Source of the DNA: Lingula anatina
Lineage: Eukaryota > Animalia > Brachiopoda
Direction of reading: 5' to 3'
Assembly: GCA_051362555.1 (NCBI GenBank)
Contig: CM120640.1
Coordinates: 30,089,967-30,153,966 of the forward strand
DNA: 64,000 nucleotides
How positions within the stretch are numbered: position 1 is the first letter of the stretch; every line of letters begins with the position of its first letter. Shown here piece by piece: positions 37,901 to 55,900 of the stretch. The notes beneath the pieces are model-generated. The model saw nothing but the letters and a program-made list of their open reading frames with translations. It made no database searches and was not told the origin of the DNA. Position numbers and translations under genes: made by a program.

Positions 37901-40900
37901 AATAAATACAAAGAAACACAGTCACAATACATTCATACACAGTGATCAGAATAAATTTTGACATGTACAGTGACAAAAGTAAGATTCACCATAATAAGAC
38001 TGAACAAAACGAAAAAGAGTGAAAACGAAGTTGTACACAGTCATCTCATAATGTACAAACACATTCAGTAACAATACAGAATAGACACAGCAAAGAGAAT
38101 ATAAACAGACACATAGACATACAGTGAAAACACCATCACGCAGAGTAATAGTAATGATTACAAACAAATAGAGTGACAAAACTGACATAAACAGTGCTCA
38201 CAATAAATACAAACATCAACAGTAACAACATCAACAAACACAGTAATCAAAATAAATACAAAGAAACACAGTCACAATACATTCATACACAGTGATCAAA
38301 ATAAATTTTGACATGTACAGTGAGAACAGTAACATTCACCGTAATAAGAATGAACACAACGAAAAACAGTGAAAACGAAGTTGTACACAGTCATCTCATA
38401 ATGTACAAACACATTCAGTAACAATACAAAATAGACACAGCACACAGAATATAAAGAGACACAGAGATACACTGACAACACAATCGTGCAGAGTAATAGT
38501 AATGATTACAAACAAATAGAGTGACAAAACTGACATACACAGTGCTCAAAATAAATACAAACACGAACAGTGACAACACAAACATGCACAGTAACCAAAA
38601 TAAATAAAAACAAACACAGTCACAATACATTCATACACAGTGATCAGAATAAATTTTGACATGTACAGTGACAACAGAAACATTTACAGTAATAAGAATG
38701 AACACAACGAAAAAGAGTGAAAACGAAGTTGTACACAGTCATCTCATAATGTACAAACACATTCAGTAAAGATAAAGAATAGACACAGTAGACAATATAA
38801 AGAGACACAGAGATACAGTGACAACACCATCATACAGAGAAATAGTACTGATTACATAGAAACAGTCACAATACAGACATGCATAGTGATCAGAATAAAT
38901 TTTAACATGTACAATGACCACTCAACCATGCATAGTAACAAGAATAAATTAAAACAAACACAGTAAAAATATAGACAAACACAGTAATTAAAAACAAATT
39001 TCACTTGTACAGAGACAACAGTAACATTTGCCGTAATAAGAATGAACACAACGAAAAACAGTGAAAACGAAGTTGTACACAGTCATCTCATAATGTACAA
39101 ACACATTCAGTAACAATACAGAATAGACACAGCAAAGAGAATATAAACAGACACATAGACATACAGTGAAAACACCATCACGCAGAGTAATAGTAATGAT
39201 TACAAACAAATAGAGTGACAAAACTGACATAAACAGTGCTCACAATAAATACAAACATCAACAGTAACAACATCAACAAACACAGTAATCAAAATAAATA
39301 CAAAGAAACACAGTCACAATACATTCATACACAGTGATCAAAATAAATTTTGACATGTACAGTGACAAAAGTATGATTCACCATAATAAGACTGAACAAA
39401 ATGAAAAAGAGTGAAAACGAAGTTGTACACAGTCATCTCATAATGTACAAACATATTCAGTAACAATACAGAATAGACACAGCAGACAGAATATAAAGAG
39501 ACACATAGATATCAGTGACAACACCATCATGCAGAGTAATAATAATGATTACAAACAAATAGAGTGACAAAACTGACATAAACAGTGCTCACAATAAATA
39601 CAAACATCAACAGTAACAACAGCAACAAACACAGTAATAAAAATAAATGCAAACAAAAAGTCACAAAACAGACATACACAGCGATTAGAAAAAAAATTCA
39701 CATGTACAGTGAGAACAGTAACATTCACCGTAATAAGAATGAACACAACGAAAAACAGTGAAAACGAAGTTGTACACAGTCATCTCATAATGTACAAACA
39801 TATTCAGTAACAATACAGAATAGACACAGCAGAAAATATAAAGAGACACAGAGATACAGTGACAACACCATCATACAGAGAAATAGTAATGATTACATAG
39901 AAACACAGTCACAATACAGACATGCACAGTGATCAGAATAAATTTTAACATGTACAATGACCACACAACCATGCATAGTAACAAGAATAAATTAAAACAA
40001 ACACAGTAAAAATATAGACAAACACAGTAATTAAAAACAAATTTCACTTGTACAGAGACAACAGTAACATTTGCCGTAATAAGAATGAACACAACGAAAA
40101 ACAGTGAAAACGAAGTTGTACACAGTCATCTCATAATGTACAAACACATTCAGTAACAATACAGAATAGACACAGCAAAGAGAATATAAACAGACACATA
40201 GACATACAGTGAAAACACCATCACGCAGAGTAATAGTAATGATTACAAACAAATAGAGTGACAAAACTGACATAAACAGTGCTCACAATAAATACAAACA
40301 TCAACAGTAACAACACCAACAAACAGTAATCAAAATAAATACAAAGAAACACAGTCACAATACATTCATACACAGTGATCAGAATAAATTTTGACATGTA
40401 CAGTGACAAAAGTAAGATTCACTATAATAAGACTGAACAAAACGAAAAAGAGTGAAAACGAAGTTGTACACAGTCATCTCATAATGTACAAACATATTCA
40501 GTAACAATACAGAATAGACACAGCAGACAGAATATAAAGAGACACATAGAGATACAGTGACAACACCATCATGCAGAGTAATAATAATGATTACAAACAA
40601 ATAGAGTGACAAAACTGACATAAACAGTGCTCACAATAAATACAAACATCAACAGTAACAACATCAACAAACACAGTAATCAAAATAAATGCAAACAAAA
40701 AGTCACAAAACAGACATACACAGCGATTAGAAAAAAAATTCACATGTACAGTGACAAGAATGAACACAACGAAAAACAGTGAAAACGAAGTTGTACACAG
40801 TCATCTCATAATGTGCAAACATATTCAGTAACAATACATAATAGACACAGCAGACAGAATATAAAGAGACACATAGATACAGTGACAACACCATCATACA

Positions 40901-43900
40901 GAGAAATAGTAATGATTACATACAAACACAGTCACAATACAGACATACACAGTGATCAGAATAAATTTTAACATGTATGGTGACCACACAACCATGCATA
41001 GTAACAAGAATAAACACAAATTAATCGGGCGATTACACAGTCATACACAGTGATCACAATAAATAGAAACATCAACATAAAAAAACTGACATAAACAGTG
41101 GTCAAAATAAATATTAACAGGTACAGTGATAATAACATGCACAATAATCAAAATGAATACAAACAAACACAGTCACAATACAGACATACACAGTGATCAG
41201 AATAAATTTTGATATGTCCAGTGACCACAGAACCATGCATAGTAACAAGAATAAACAAAAATTAATCGGGTGATTACACAGTCATACACAGTGATCACAA
41301 TATATATACAAACACATTCAATGACAATACAGAATGGAAACAGTGATCAGAGTATAAACAGACACATAAACTATAATGACAGTGACATCACCAACATGCA
41401 CAGTTAAAATAATGACTAAAAATAAATAAACAGACAAAACTGACATCCACATTGCTGACAATAGATATAAACACAAACAGTGCCAACGCTAAAATGCACA
41501 ATGATCAAAATGACTACAAATAGAGTGACAAAACTGACATACACAGTGCTCACAATAAATACAAACACGAACAGTGACAAAACAAACATGCACAGTAATC
41601 AAAATAAATAAAAACAAGCACAGTCAAAACACAGAAATACACAATGATTAGAAAAAAATCAAATGTACAGTGACAACAGTAACGTGCAACATAATGAGAA
41701 CGAACACAACGAAAAAATGTAAAAAACATAGCTGCACACAGTCATCACAGTATGTACAAACTCATTCAGTAACAATACAGAATAGGCACAGCAAAGATAA
41801 TGTAAACAGACACATAGACATACAGTGACAACACCATCATGGAGAGTAATAGTAATGATTACAAACAAATAGAGTGACAAAACTGACATACACAGTGCTC
41901 ACAATAAATACAAACATCATCAGTAACAACAGCAACAAACACAGTAATCAAATTAAATGCAAACAAAAACAGTCACAAAACAGACATACACAGTGATTAG
42001 GAAAAAAATTCACATGTACAGTGACAACAGTAACATTCACCGTAATAAGAATGAACACAACGAAAAACAGTGAAAACGAAGTTGTACACAGTCATCTCAT
42101 AATGTACAAACATATTCAGTAACAATACAGAATAGACACAGCAGACAATATAAAGAGACACAGAGATACAGTGACAACACCATCATACAGAGAAATAGTA
42201 ATGATTACATAGAAACACAGTCACAATACAGACATGCACAGTGATCAGAATAAATTTTAACATGTACAATGACCACACAACCATGCATAGTAACAAGAAT
42301 AAATTAAAACAAACACAGTAAAAATATAGACAAACACAGTAATTAAAAACAAATTTCACTTGTACAGAGACAACAGTAACATTTGCCGTAATAAGAATGA
42401 ACACAACGAAAAACAGTGAAAACGAAGTTGTACACAGTCATCTCATAATGTACAAACACATTCAGTAACAATACAGAATAGACACAGCAAAGAGAATATA
42501 AACAGACACATAGACATACAGTGAAAACACCATCACGCAGAGTAATAGTAATGATTACAAACAAATAGAGTGACAAAACTGACATAACAGTGCTCACAAT
42601 AAATACAAACATCAACAGTAACAACACCAACATACACAGTAATCAAAATAAATACAAAGAAACACAGTCACAATACATTCATACACAGTGATCAGAATAA
42701 ATTTTGACATGTACAGTGACAAAAGTAAGATTCACCATAATAAGACTGAACAAAACGAAAAAGAGTGAAAACGAAGTTGTACACAGTCATCTCATAATGT
42801 ACAAACATATTCAGTAACAATACAGAATAGACACAGCAGACAGAATATAAAGAGACACATAGAGATACAGTGACAACACCATCATGCAGAGTAATAATAA
42901 TGATTACAAACAAATAGAGTGACAAAACTGACATAAACAGTGCTCACAATAAATACAAACATCAACAGTAACAACATCAACAAACACAGTAATCAAAATA
43001 AATGCAAACAAAAAGTCACAAAACAGACATACACAGCGATTAGAAAAAAAATTCACATGTACAGTGACAAGAATGAACACAACGAAAAACAGTGAAAAGG
43101 AAGTTGTACACAGTCATCTCATAATGTGCAAACACATTCAGTAACAATACATAATAGACACAGCAGACAGAATATAAAGAGACACATAGAGATACAGTGA
43201 CAACACCATCATACAGAGTAATAGTAATGATAACATACAAACACAGTCACAATACAGACATACACAGTGATCAGAATAAATTTTAACATGTATGGTGACC
43301 ACACAACCATGCATAGTAACAAGCATAAACACAAATTAATCGGGTGATTACACAGTCATACACAGTGATCACAATAAATAGAAACATCAACATAAAAAAA
43401 CTGACATAAACAGTGGTCAAAATAAATATTAACAGGTACAGTGATAATAACATGCACAATAATCAAAATGAATACAAACAAACACAGTCACAATACAGAC
43501 ATACACAGTGATCAGAATAAATTTTGATATGTCCAGTGACCACAGAACCATGCATAGTAACAAGAATAAACAAAAATTAATCGGGTGATTACACAGTCAT
43601 ACACAGTGATCACAATATATATATACAAACACATTCAATGACAATACAGAATGGAAACAGTGATCAGAGTATAAACAGACACATAAACTATAATGACAGT
43701 GACATCACCAACATGCACAGTTAAAATAATGACTAAAAATAAATAAACAGACAAAACTGACATCCACATTGCTGACAATAGATATAAACACAAACAGTGC
43801 CAACGCTAAAATGCACAATGATCAAAATGACTACAAATAGAGTGACAAAACTGACATACACAGTGCTCACAATAAATACAAACACGAACAGTGACAAAAC

Positions 43901-46900
43901 AAACATGCACAGTAATCAAAATAAATAAAAACAAGCACAGTCAAAACACAGACATACACAATGATTAGAAAAAAATCAAATGTACAGTGACAACAGTAAC
44001 GTGCAACATAATGAGAACGAACACAACGAAAAAATGTAAAAAACATAGCTGCACACAGTCATCACAGTATGTACAAACTCATTCAGTAACAATACAGAAT
44101 AGGCACAGCAAAGATAATGTAAACAGACACATAGACATACAGTGACAACACCATCATGGAGAGTAATAGTAATGATTACAAACAAATAGAGTGACAAAAC
44201 TGACATACACAGTGCTCACAATAAATACAAACATCATCAGTAACAACAGCAACAAACACAGTAATCAAATTAAATGCAAACAAAAACAGTCACAAAACAG
44301 ACATACACAGTGATTAGGAAAAAAATTCACATGTACAGTGACAACAGTAACATTCACCGTAATAAGAATGAACACAACGAAAAACAGTGAAAACGAAGTT
44401 GTACACAGTCATCTCATAATGTACAAACATATTCAGTAACAATACAGAATAGACACAGCAGACAATATAAAGAGACACAGAGATACAGTGACAACACCAT
44501 CATACAGAGAAATAGTAATGATTACATAGAAACACAGTCACAATACAGACATGCACAGTGATCAGAATAAATTTTAACATGTACAATGACCACACAACCA
44601 TGCATAGTAACAAGAATAAATTAAAACAAACACAGTAAAAATATAGACAAACACAGTAATTAAAAACAAATTTCACTTGTACAGAGACAACAGTAACATT
44701 TGCCGTAATAAGAATGAACACAACGAAAAACAGTGAAAACGAAGTTGTACACAGTCATCTCATAATGTACAAACATATTCAGTAACAATACAGAATAGAC
44801 ACAGCAGACAGAATATAAAGAGACACATAGAGATACAGTGACAACACCATCATGCAGAGTAATAGTAATGATTACAAACAAATAGAGTGACAAAACTGAC
44901 ATAAACAGTGCTCACAATAAATACAAACATCAACAGTAACAACACCAACATACACAGTAATCAAAATAAATACAAAGAAACACAGTCACAATACATTCAT
45001 ACACAGTGATCAGAATAAATTTTGACATGTACAGTGACAAAAGTAAGATTCACCATAATAAGACTGAACAAAACGAAAAAGAGTGAAAACGAAGTTGTAC
45101 ACAGTCATCTCGTAATGTACAAACATATTCAGTAACAATACAGAATAGACACAGCAGACAGAATATAAAGAGACACATAGAGATACAGTGACAACACCAT
45201 CATGCAGAGTAATAATAATGATTACAAACAAATAGAGTGACAAAACTGACATAAACAGTGCTCACAATAAATACAAACATCAACAGTAACAACATCAACA
45301 AACACAGTAATCAAAATAAATGCAAACAAAAAGTCACAAAACAGACATACACAGCGATTAGAAAAAAAATTCACATGTACAGTGACAAGAATGAACACAA
45401 CGAAAAACAGTGAAAACGAAGTTGTACACAGTCATCTCATAATGTGCAAACACATTCAGTAACAATACATAATAGACACAGCAGACAGAATATAAAGAGA
45501 CACATAGAGATACAGTGACAACACCATCATACAGAGTAATAGTAATGATTACATACAAACACAGTCACAATACAGACATACACAGTGATCAGAATAAATT
45601 TTAACATGTATGGTGACCACACAACCATGCATAGTAACAAGAATAAACACAAATTAATCGGGTGATTACACAGTCATACACAGTGATCACAATAAATAGA
45701 AACATCAACATAAAAAAACTGACATAAACAGTGGTCAAAATAAATATTAACAGGTACAGTGATAATAACATGCACAATAATCAAAATGAATACAAACAAA
45801 CACAGTCACAATACAGACATACACAGTGATCAGAATAAATTTTGATATGTCCAGTGACCACAGAACCATGCATAGTAACAAGAATAAACAAAAATTAATC
45901 GGGTGATTACACAGTCATACACAGTGATCACAATATATATACAAACACATTCAATGACAATACAGAATGGAAACAGTGATCAGAGTATAAACAGACACAT
46001 AAACTATAATGACAGTGACATCACCAACATGCACAGTTAAAATAATGACTAAAAATAAATAAACAGACAAACCTGACATCCACATTGCTGACAATAGATA
46101 TAAACACAAACAGTGCCAACGCTAAAATGCACAATGATCAAAATGACTACAAATAGAGTGACAAAACTGACATACACAGTGCTCACAATAAATACAAACA
46201 CGAACAGTGACAAAACAAACATGCACAGTAATCAAAATAAATAAAAACAAGCACAGTCAAAACACAGACATACACAATGATTAGAAAAAAATCAAATGTA
46301 CAGTGACAACAGTAACGTGCAACATAATGAGAACGAACACAACGAAAAAATGTAAAAAACATAGCTGCACACAGTCATCACAGTATGTACAAACTCATTC
46401 AGTAACAATACAGAATAGGCACAGCAAAGATAATGTAAACAGACACATAGACATACAGTGACAACACCATCATGGAGAGTAATAGTAATGATTACAAACA
46501 AATAGAGTGACAAAACTGACATACACAGTGCTCACAATAAATACAAACATCATCAGTAACAACAGCAACAAACACAGTAATCAAATTAAATGCAAACAAA
46601 AACAGTCACAAAACAGACATACACAGTGATTAGGAAAAAAATTCACATGTACAGTGACAACAGTAACATTCACCGTAATAAGAATGAACACAACGAAAAA
46701 CAGTGAAAACGAAGTTGTACACAGTCATCTCATAATGTACAAACATATTCAGTAACAATACAGAATAGACACAGCAGACAATATAAAGAGACACAGAGAT
46801 ACAGTGACAACACCATCATACAGAGAAATAGTAATGATTACATAGAAACACAGTCACAATACAGACATGCACAGTGATCAGAATAAATTTTAACATGTAC

Positions 46901-49900
46901 AATGACCACACAACCATGCATAGTAACAAGAATAAATTAAAACAAACACAGTAAAAATATAGACAAACACAGTAATTAAAAACAAATTTCACTTGTACAG
47001 AGACAACAGTAACATTTGCCGTAATAAGAATGAACACAACGAAAAACAGTGAAAACGAAGTTGTACACAGTCATCTCATAATGTACAAACATATTCAGTA
47101 ACAATACAGAATAGACACAGCAGACAGAATATAAAGAGACACATAGAGATACAGTGACAACACCATCATGCAGAGTAATAATAATGATTACAAACAAATA
47201 GAGTGACAAAACTGACATAAACAGTGCTCACAATAAATACAAACATCAACAGTAACAACATCAAAAAACACAGTAATCAAAATAAATGCAAACAAAAAGT
47301 CACAAAACAGACATACACAGCGATTAGAAAAAAAATTCACATGTACAGTGACAAGAATGAACACAACGAAAAACAGTGAAAACGAAGTTGTACACAGTCA
47401 TCTCATAATGTACAAACACATTCAGTAACAATACAGAATAGACACAGCAAAGAGAATATAAACAGACACATAGACATACAGTGAAAACACCATCACGCAG
47501 AGTAATAGTAATGATTACAAACAAATAGAGTGACAAAACTGACATAAACAGTGCTCACAATAAATACAAACATCAACAGTAACAACACCAACAAACAGTA
47601 ATCAAAATAAATACAAAGAAACACAGTCACAATACATTCATACACAGTGATCAGAATAAATTTTGACATGTACAGTGACAAAAGTAAGATTCACCATAAT
47701 AAGACTGAACAAAACGAAAAAGAGTGAAAACGAAGTTGTACACAGTCATCTCATAATGTACAAACATATTCAGTAACAATACAGAATAGACACAGCAGAC
47801 AGAATATAAAGAGACACATAGAGATACAGTGACAACACCATCATGCAGAGTAATAATAATGATTACAAACAAATAGGGTGACAAAACTGACATAAACAGT
47901 GCTCACAATAAATACAAACATCAACAGTAACAACATCAACAAACACAGTAATCAAAATAAATGCAAACAAAAAGTCACAAAACAGACATACACAGCGATT
48001 AGAAAAAAAATTCACATGTACAGTGACAAGAATGAACACAACGAAAAACAGTGAAAAGGAAGTTGTACACAGTCATCTCATAATGTGCAAACACATTCAG
48101 TAACAATACATAATAGACACAGCAGACAGAATATAAAGAGACACATAGAGATACAGTGACAACACCATCATACAGAGTAATAGTAATGATTACATACAAA
48201 CACAGTCACAATACAGACATACACAGTGATCAGAATAAACTTTAACATGTATAGTGACCACACAACCATGCATAGTAACAAGAATAAACACAAATTAATC
48301 GGGTGATTACACAGTCATACACAGTGATCACAATAAATAGAAACATCAACATAAAAAAACTGACATAAACAGTGGTCAAAATAAATATTAACAGGTACAG
48401 TGATAATAACATGCACAATAATCAAAATGAATACAAACAAACACAGTCACAATACAGACATACACAGTGATCAGAATAAATTTTGATATGTCCAGTGACC
48501 ACAGAACCATGCATAGTTACAAGAATAAACAAAAATTAATCGGGTGATTACACAGTCATACACAGTGATCACAATATATATATACAAACACATTCAATGA
48601 CAATACAGAATGGAAACAGTGATCAGAGTATAAACAGACACATAAACTATAATGACAGTGACATCACCAACATGCACAGTTAAAATAATGACTAAAAATA
48701 AATAAACAGACAAAACTGACATCCACATTGCTGACAATAGATATAAACACAAACAGTGCCAACGCTAAAATGCACAATGATCAAAATGACTACAAATAGA
48801 GTGACAAAACTGACATACACAGTGCTCACAATAAATACAAACACGAACAGTGACAAAACAAACATGCACAGTAATCAAAATAAATAAAAACAAGCACAGT
48901 CAAAACACAGACATACACAATGATTAGAAAAAAATCAAATGTACAGTGACAACAGTAACGTGCAACATAATGAGAACGAACACAACGAAAAAATGTAAAA
49001 AACATAGCTGCACACAGTCATCACAGTATGTACAAACTCATTCAGTAACAATACAGAATAGGCACAGCAAAGATAATGTAAACAGACACATAGACATACA
49101 GTGACAACACCATCATGGAGAGTAATAGTAATGATTACAAACAAATAGAGTGACAAAACTGACATACACAGTGCTCACAATAAATACAAACATCATCAGT
49201 AACAACAGCAACAAACACAGTAATCAAATTAAATGCAAACAAAAACAGTCACAAAACAGACATACACAGTGATTAGAAAAAAAATTCACATGTACAGTGA
49301 CAACAGTAACATTCACCGTAATAAGAATGAACACAACGAAAAACAGTGAAAACGAAGTTGTACACAGTCATCTCATAATGTACAAACATATTCAGTAACA
49401 ATACAGAATAGACACAGCAGACAATATAAAGAGACACAGAGATACAGTGACAACACCATCATACAGAGAAATAGTAATGATTACATAGAAACACAGTCAC
49501 AATACAGACATGCACAGTGATCAGAATAAATTTTAACATGTACAATGACCACACAACCATGCATAGTAACAAGAATAAATTAAAACAAACACAGTAAAAA
49601 TATAGACAAACACAGTAATTAAAAACAAATTTCACTTGTACAGAGACAACAGTAACATTTGCCGTAATAAGAATGAACACAACGAAAAACAGTGAAAACG
49701 AAGTTGTACACAGTCATCTCATAATGTACAAACACATTCAGTAACAATACAGAATAGACACAGCAAAGAGAATATAAACAGACACATAGACATACAGTGA
49801 AAACATCATCACGCAGAGTAATAGTAATGATTACAAACAAATAGAGTGACAAAACTGACATAACAGTGCTCACAATAAATACAAACATCAACAGTAACAA

Positions 49901-52900
49901 CACCAACATACACAGTAATCAAAATAAATACAAAGAAACACAGTCACAATACATTCATACACAGTGATCAGAATAAATTTTGACATGTACAGTGACAAAA
50001 GTAAGATTCACCATAATAAGACTGAACAAAACGAAAAAGAGTGAAAACGAAGTTGTACACAGTCATCTCATAATGTACAAACATATTCAGTAACAATACA
50101 GAATAGACACAGCAGACAGAATATAAAGAGACACATAGAGATACAGTGACAACACCATCATGCAGAGTAATAATAATGATTACAAACAAATAGAGTGACA
50201 AAACTGACATAAACAGTGCTCACAATAAATACAAACATCAACAGTAACAACATCAAAAAACACAGTAATCAAAATAAATGCAAACAAAAAGTCACAAAAC
50301 AGACATACACAGCGATTAGAAAAAAAATTCACATGTACAGTGACAAGAATGAACACAACGAAAAACAGTGAAAACGAAGTTGTACACAGTCATCTCATAA
50401 TGTACAAACACATTCAGTAACAATACAGAATAGACACAGCAAAGAGAATATAAACAGACACATAGACATACAGTGAAAACACCATCATGCAGAGTAATAG
50501 TAATGATTACAAACAAATAGAGTGACAAAACTGACATAAACAGTGCTCACAATAAATACAAACATCAACAGTAACAACACCAACAAACAGTAATCAAAAT
50601 AAATACAAAGAAACACAGTCACAATACATTCATACACAGTGATCAGAATAAATTTTGACATGTACAGTGACAAAAGTAAGATTCACCATAATAAGACTGA
50701 ACAAAACGAAAAAGAGTGAAAACGAAGTTGTACACAGTCATCTCATAATGTACAAACACATTCAGTAACAATACAGAATAGACACAGCAAAGAGAATATA
50801 AACAGACACATAGACATACAGTGAAAACACCATCACGCAGAGTAATAGTAATGATTACAAACAAATAGAGTGACAAAACTGACATAAACAGTGCTCACAA
50901 TAAATACAAACATCAACAGTAACAACATCAACAAACACAGTAATCAAAATAAATACAAAGAAACACAGTCACAATACATTCATACACAGTGATCAAAATA
51001 AATTTTGACATGTACAGTGAGAACAGTAACATTCACCGTAATAAGAATGAACACAACGAAAAACAGTGAAAACGAAGTTGTACACAGTCATCTCATAATG
51101 TACAAACACATTCAGTAACAATACAAAATAGACACAGCACACAGAATATAAAGAGACACAGAGATACACTGACAACACAATCGTGCAGAGTAATAGTAAT
51201 GATTACAAACAAATAGAGTGACAAAACTGACATACACAGTGCTCAAAATAAATACAAACACGAACAGTGACAACACAAACATGCACAGTAACCAAAATAA
51301 ATAAAAACAAACACAGTCACAATACATTCATACACAGTGATCAGAATAAATTTTGACATGTACAGTGACAACAGAAACATTTACCGTAATAAGAATAAAC
51401 ACAACGAAAAAGAGTGAAAACGAAGTTGTACACAGTCATCTCATAATGTACAAACACATTCAGTAAAGATAAAGAATAGACACAGTAGACAATATAAAGA
51501 GACACAGAGATACAGTGACAACACCATCATACAGAGAAATAGTAATGATTACATAGAAACAGTCACAATACAGACATGCATAGTGATCAGAATAAATTTT
51601 AACATGTACAATGACCACTCAACCATGCATAGTAACAAGAATAAATTAAAACAAACACAGTAAAAATATAGACAAACACAGTAACTAAAAACAAATTTCA
51701 CTTGTACAGAGACAACAGTAACATTTGCCGTAATAAGAATGAACACAACGAAAAACAGTGAAAACGAAGTTGTACACAGTCATCTCATAATGTACAAACA
51801 CATTCAGTAACAATACAGAATAGACACAGCAAAGAGAATATAAACAGACACATAGACATACAGTGAAAACACCATCACGCAGAGTAATAGTAATGATTAC
51901 AAACAAATAGAGTGACAAAACTGACATAAACAGTGCTCACAATAAATACAAACATCAACAGTAACAACATCAACAAACACAGTAATCAAAATAAATACAA
52001 AGAAACACAGTCACAATACATTCATACACAGTGATCAAAATAAATTTTGACATGTACAGTGACAAAAGTATGATTCACCATAATAAGACTGAACAAAATG
52101 AAAAAGAGTGAAAACGAAGTTGTACACAGTCATCTCATAATGTACAAACATATTCAGTAACAATACAGAATAGACACAGCAGACAGAATATAAAGAGACA
52201 CATAGATATCAGTGACAACACCATCATGCAGAGTAATAATAATGATTACAAACAAATAGAGTGACAAAACTGACATAAACAGTGCTCACAATAAATACAA
52301 ACATCAACAGTAACAACAGCAACAAACACAGTAATAAAAATAAATGCAAACAAAAAGTCACAAAACAGACATACACAGCGATTAGAAAAAAAATTCACAT
52401 GTACAGTGAGAACAGTAACATTCACCGTAATAAGAATGAACACAACGAAAAACAGTGAAAACGAAGTTGTACACAGTCATCTCATAATGTACAAACATAT
52501 TCAGTAACAATACAGAATAGACACAGCAGACAATATAAAGAGACACAGAGATACAGTGACAACACCATCATACAGAGAAATAGTAATGATTACATAGAAA
52601 CACAGTCACAATACAGACATGCACAGTGATCAGAATAAATTTTAACATGTACAATGACCACACAACCATGCATAGTAACAAGAATAAATTAAAACAAACA
52701 CAGTAAAAATATAGACAAACACAGTAATTAAAAACAAATTTCACTTGTACAGAGACAACAGTAACATTTGCCGTAATAAGAATGAACACAACGAAAAACA
52801 GTGAAAACGAAGTTGTATACAGTCATCTCATAATGTACAAACACATTCAGTAACAATACAGAATAGACACAGCAGACAATATAAAGAGACACAGAGATAC

Positions 52901-55900
52901 AGTGACAACACCATCACGCAGAGTAATAGTAATGATTACAAACAAATAGAGTGACAAAACTGACATAAACAGTGCTCACAATAAATACAAACATCAACAG
53001 TAACAACACCAACAAACAGTAATCAAAATAAATACAAAGAAACACAGTCACAATACATTCATACACAGTGATCAGAATAAATTTTGACATGTACAGTGAC
53101 AAAAGTAAGATTCACCATAATAAGACTGAACAAAACGAAAAAGAGTGAAAACGAAGTTGTACACAGTCATCTCATAATGTACAAACATATTCAGTAACAA
53201 TACAGAATAGACACAGCAGACAGAATATAAAGAGACACATAGAGATACAGTGACAACACCATCATGCAGAGTAATAATAATGATTACAAACAAATAGAGT
53301 GACAAAACTGACATAAACAGTGCTCACAATAAATACAAACATCAACAGTAACAACATCAACAAACACAGTAATCAAAATAAATGCAAACAAAAAGTCACA
53401 AAACAGACATACACAGCGATTAGAAAAAAAATTCACATGTACAGTGACAAGAATGAACACAACGAAAAACAGTGAAAACGAAGTTGTACACAGTCATCTC
53501 ATAATGTGCAAACATATTCAGTAACAATACATAATAGACACAGCAGACAGAATATAAAGAGACACATAGATACAGTGACAACACCATCATACAGAGAAAT
53601 AGTAATGATTACATACAAACACAGTCACAATACAGACATACACAGTGATCAGAATAACTTTTAACATGTATGGTGACCACACAACCATGCATAGTAACAA
53701 GAATAAACACAAATTAATCGGGCGATTACACAGTCATACACAGTGATCACAATAAATAGAAACATCAACATAAAAAAACTGACATAAACAGTGGTCAAAA
53801 TAAATATTAACAGGTACAGTGATAATAACATGCACAATAATCAAAATGAATACAAACAAACACAGTCACAATACAGACATACACAGTGATCAGAATAAAT
53901 TTTGATATGTCCAGTGACCACAGAACCATGCATAGTAACAAGAATAAACAAAAATTAATCGGGTGATTACACAGTCATACACAGTGATCACAATATATAT
54001 ACAAACACATTCAATGACAATACAGAATGGAAACAGTGATCAGAGTATAAACAGACACATAAACTATAATGACAGTGACATCACCAACATGCACAGTTAA
54101 AATAATGACTAAAAATAAATAAACAGACAAAACTGACATCCACATTGCTGACAATAGATATAAACACAAACAGTGCCAACGCTAAAATGCACAATGATCA
54201 AAATGACTACAAATAGAGTGACAAAACTGACATACACAGTGCTCACAATAAATACAAACACGAACAGTGACAAAACAAACATGCACAGTAATCAAAATAA
54301 ATAAAAACAAGCACAGTCAAAACACAGACATACACAATGATTAGAAAAAAATCAAATGTACAGTGACAACAGTAACGTGCAACATAATGAGAACGAACAC
54401 AACGAAAAAATGTAAAAAACATAGCTGCACACAGTCATCACAGTATGTACAAACTCATTCAGTAACAATACAGAATAGGCACAGCAAAGATAATGTAAAC
54501 AGACACATAGACATACAGTGACAACACCATCATGGAGAGTAATAGTAATGATTACAAACAAATAGAGTGACAAAACTGACATACACAGTGCTCACAATAA
54601 ATACAAACATCATCAGTAACAACAGCAACAAACACAGTAATCAAATTAAATGCAAACAAAAACAGTCACAAAACAGACATACACAGTGATTAGGAAAAAA
54701 ATTCACATGTACAGTGACAACAGTAACATTCACCGTAATAAGAATGAACACAACGAAAAACAGTGAAAACGAAGTTGTACACAGTCATCTCATAATGTAC
54801 AAACATATTCAGTAACAATACAGAATAGACACAGCAGACAATATAAAGAGACACAGATACAGTGACAACACCATCATACAGAGAAATAGTAATGATTACA
54901 TAGAAACACAGTCACAATACAGACATGCACAGTGATCAGAATAAATTTTAACATGTACAATGACCACACAACCATGCATAGTAACAAGAATAAATTAAAA
55001 CAAACACAGTAAAAATATAGACAAACACAGTAATTAAAAACAAATTTCACTTGTACAGAGACAACAGTAACATTTGCCGTAATAAGAATGAACACAACGA
55101 AAAACAGTGAAAACGAAGTTGTACACAGTCATCTCATAATGTACAAACACATTCAGTAACAATACAGAATAGACACAGCAAAGAGAATATAAACAGACAC
55201 ATAGACATACAGTGAAAACACCATCACGCAGAGTAATAGTAATGATTACAAACAAATAGAGTGACAAAACTGACATAACAGTGCTCACAATAAATACAAA
55301 CATCAACAGTAACAACACCAACATACACAGTAATCAAAATAAATACAAAGAAACACAGTCACAATACATTCATACACAGTGATCAGAATAAATTTTGACA
55401 TGTACAGTGACAAAAGTAAGATTCACCATAATAAGACTGAACAAAACGAAAAAGAGTGAAAACGAAGTTGTACACAGTCATCTCATAATGTACAAACATA
55501 TTCAGTAACAATACAGAATAGACACAGCAGACAGAATATAAAGAGACACATAGAGATACAGTGACAACACCATCATGCAGAGTAATAATAATGATTACAA
55601 ACAAATAGAGTGACAAAACTGACATAAACAGTGCTCACAATAAATACAAACATCAACAGTAACAACATCAACAAACACAGTAATCAAAATAAATGCAAAC
55701 AAAAAGTCACAAAACAGACATACACAGCGATTAGAAAAAAAATTCACATGTACAGTGACAAGAATGAACACAACGAAAAACAGTGAAAAGGAAGTTGTAC
55801 ACAGTCATCTCATAATGTGCAAACACATTCAGTAACAATACATAATAGACACAGCAGACAGAATATAAAGAGACACATAGAGATACAGTGACAACACCAT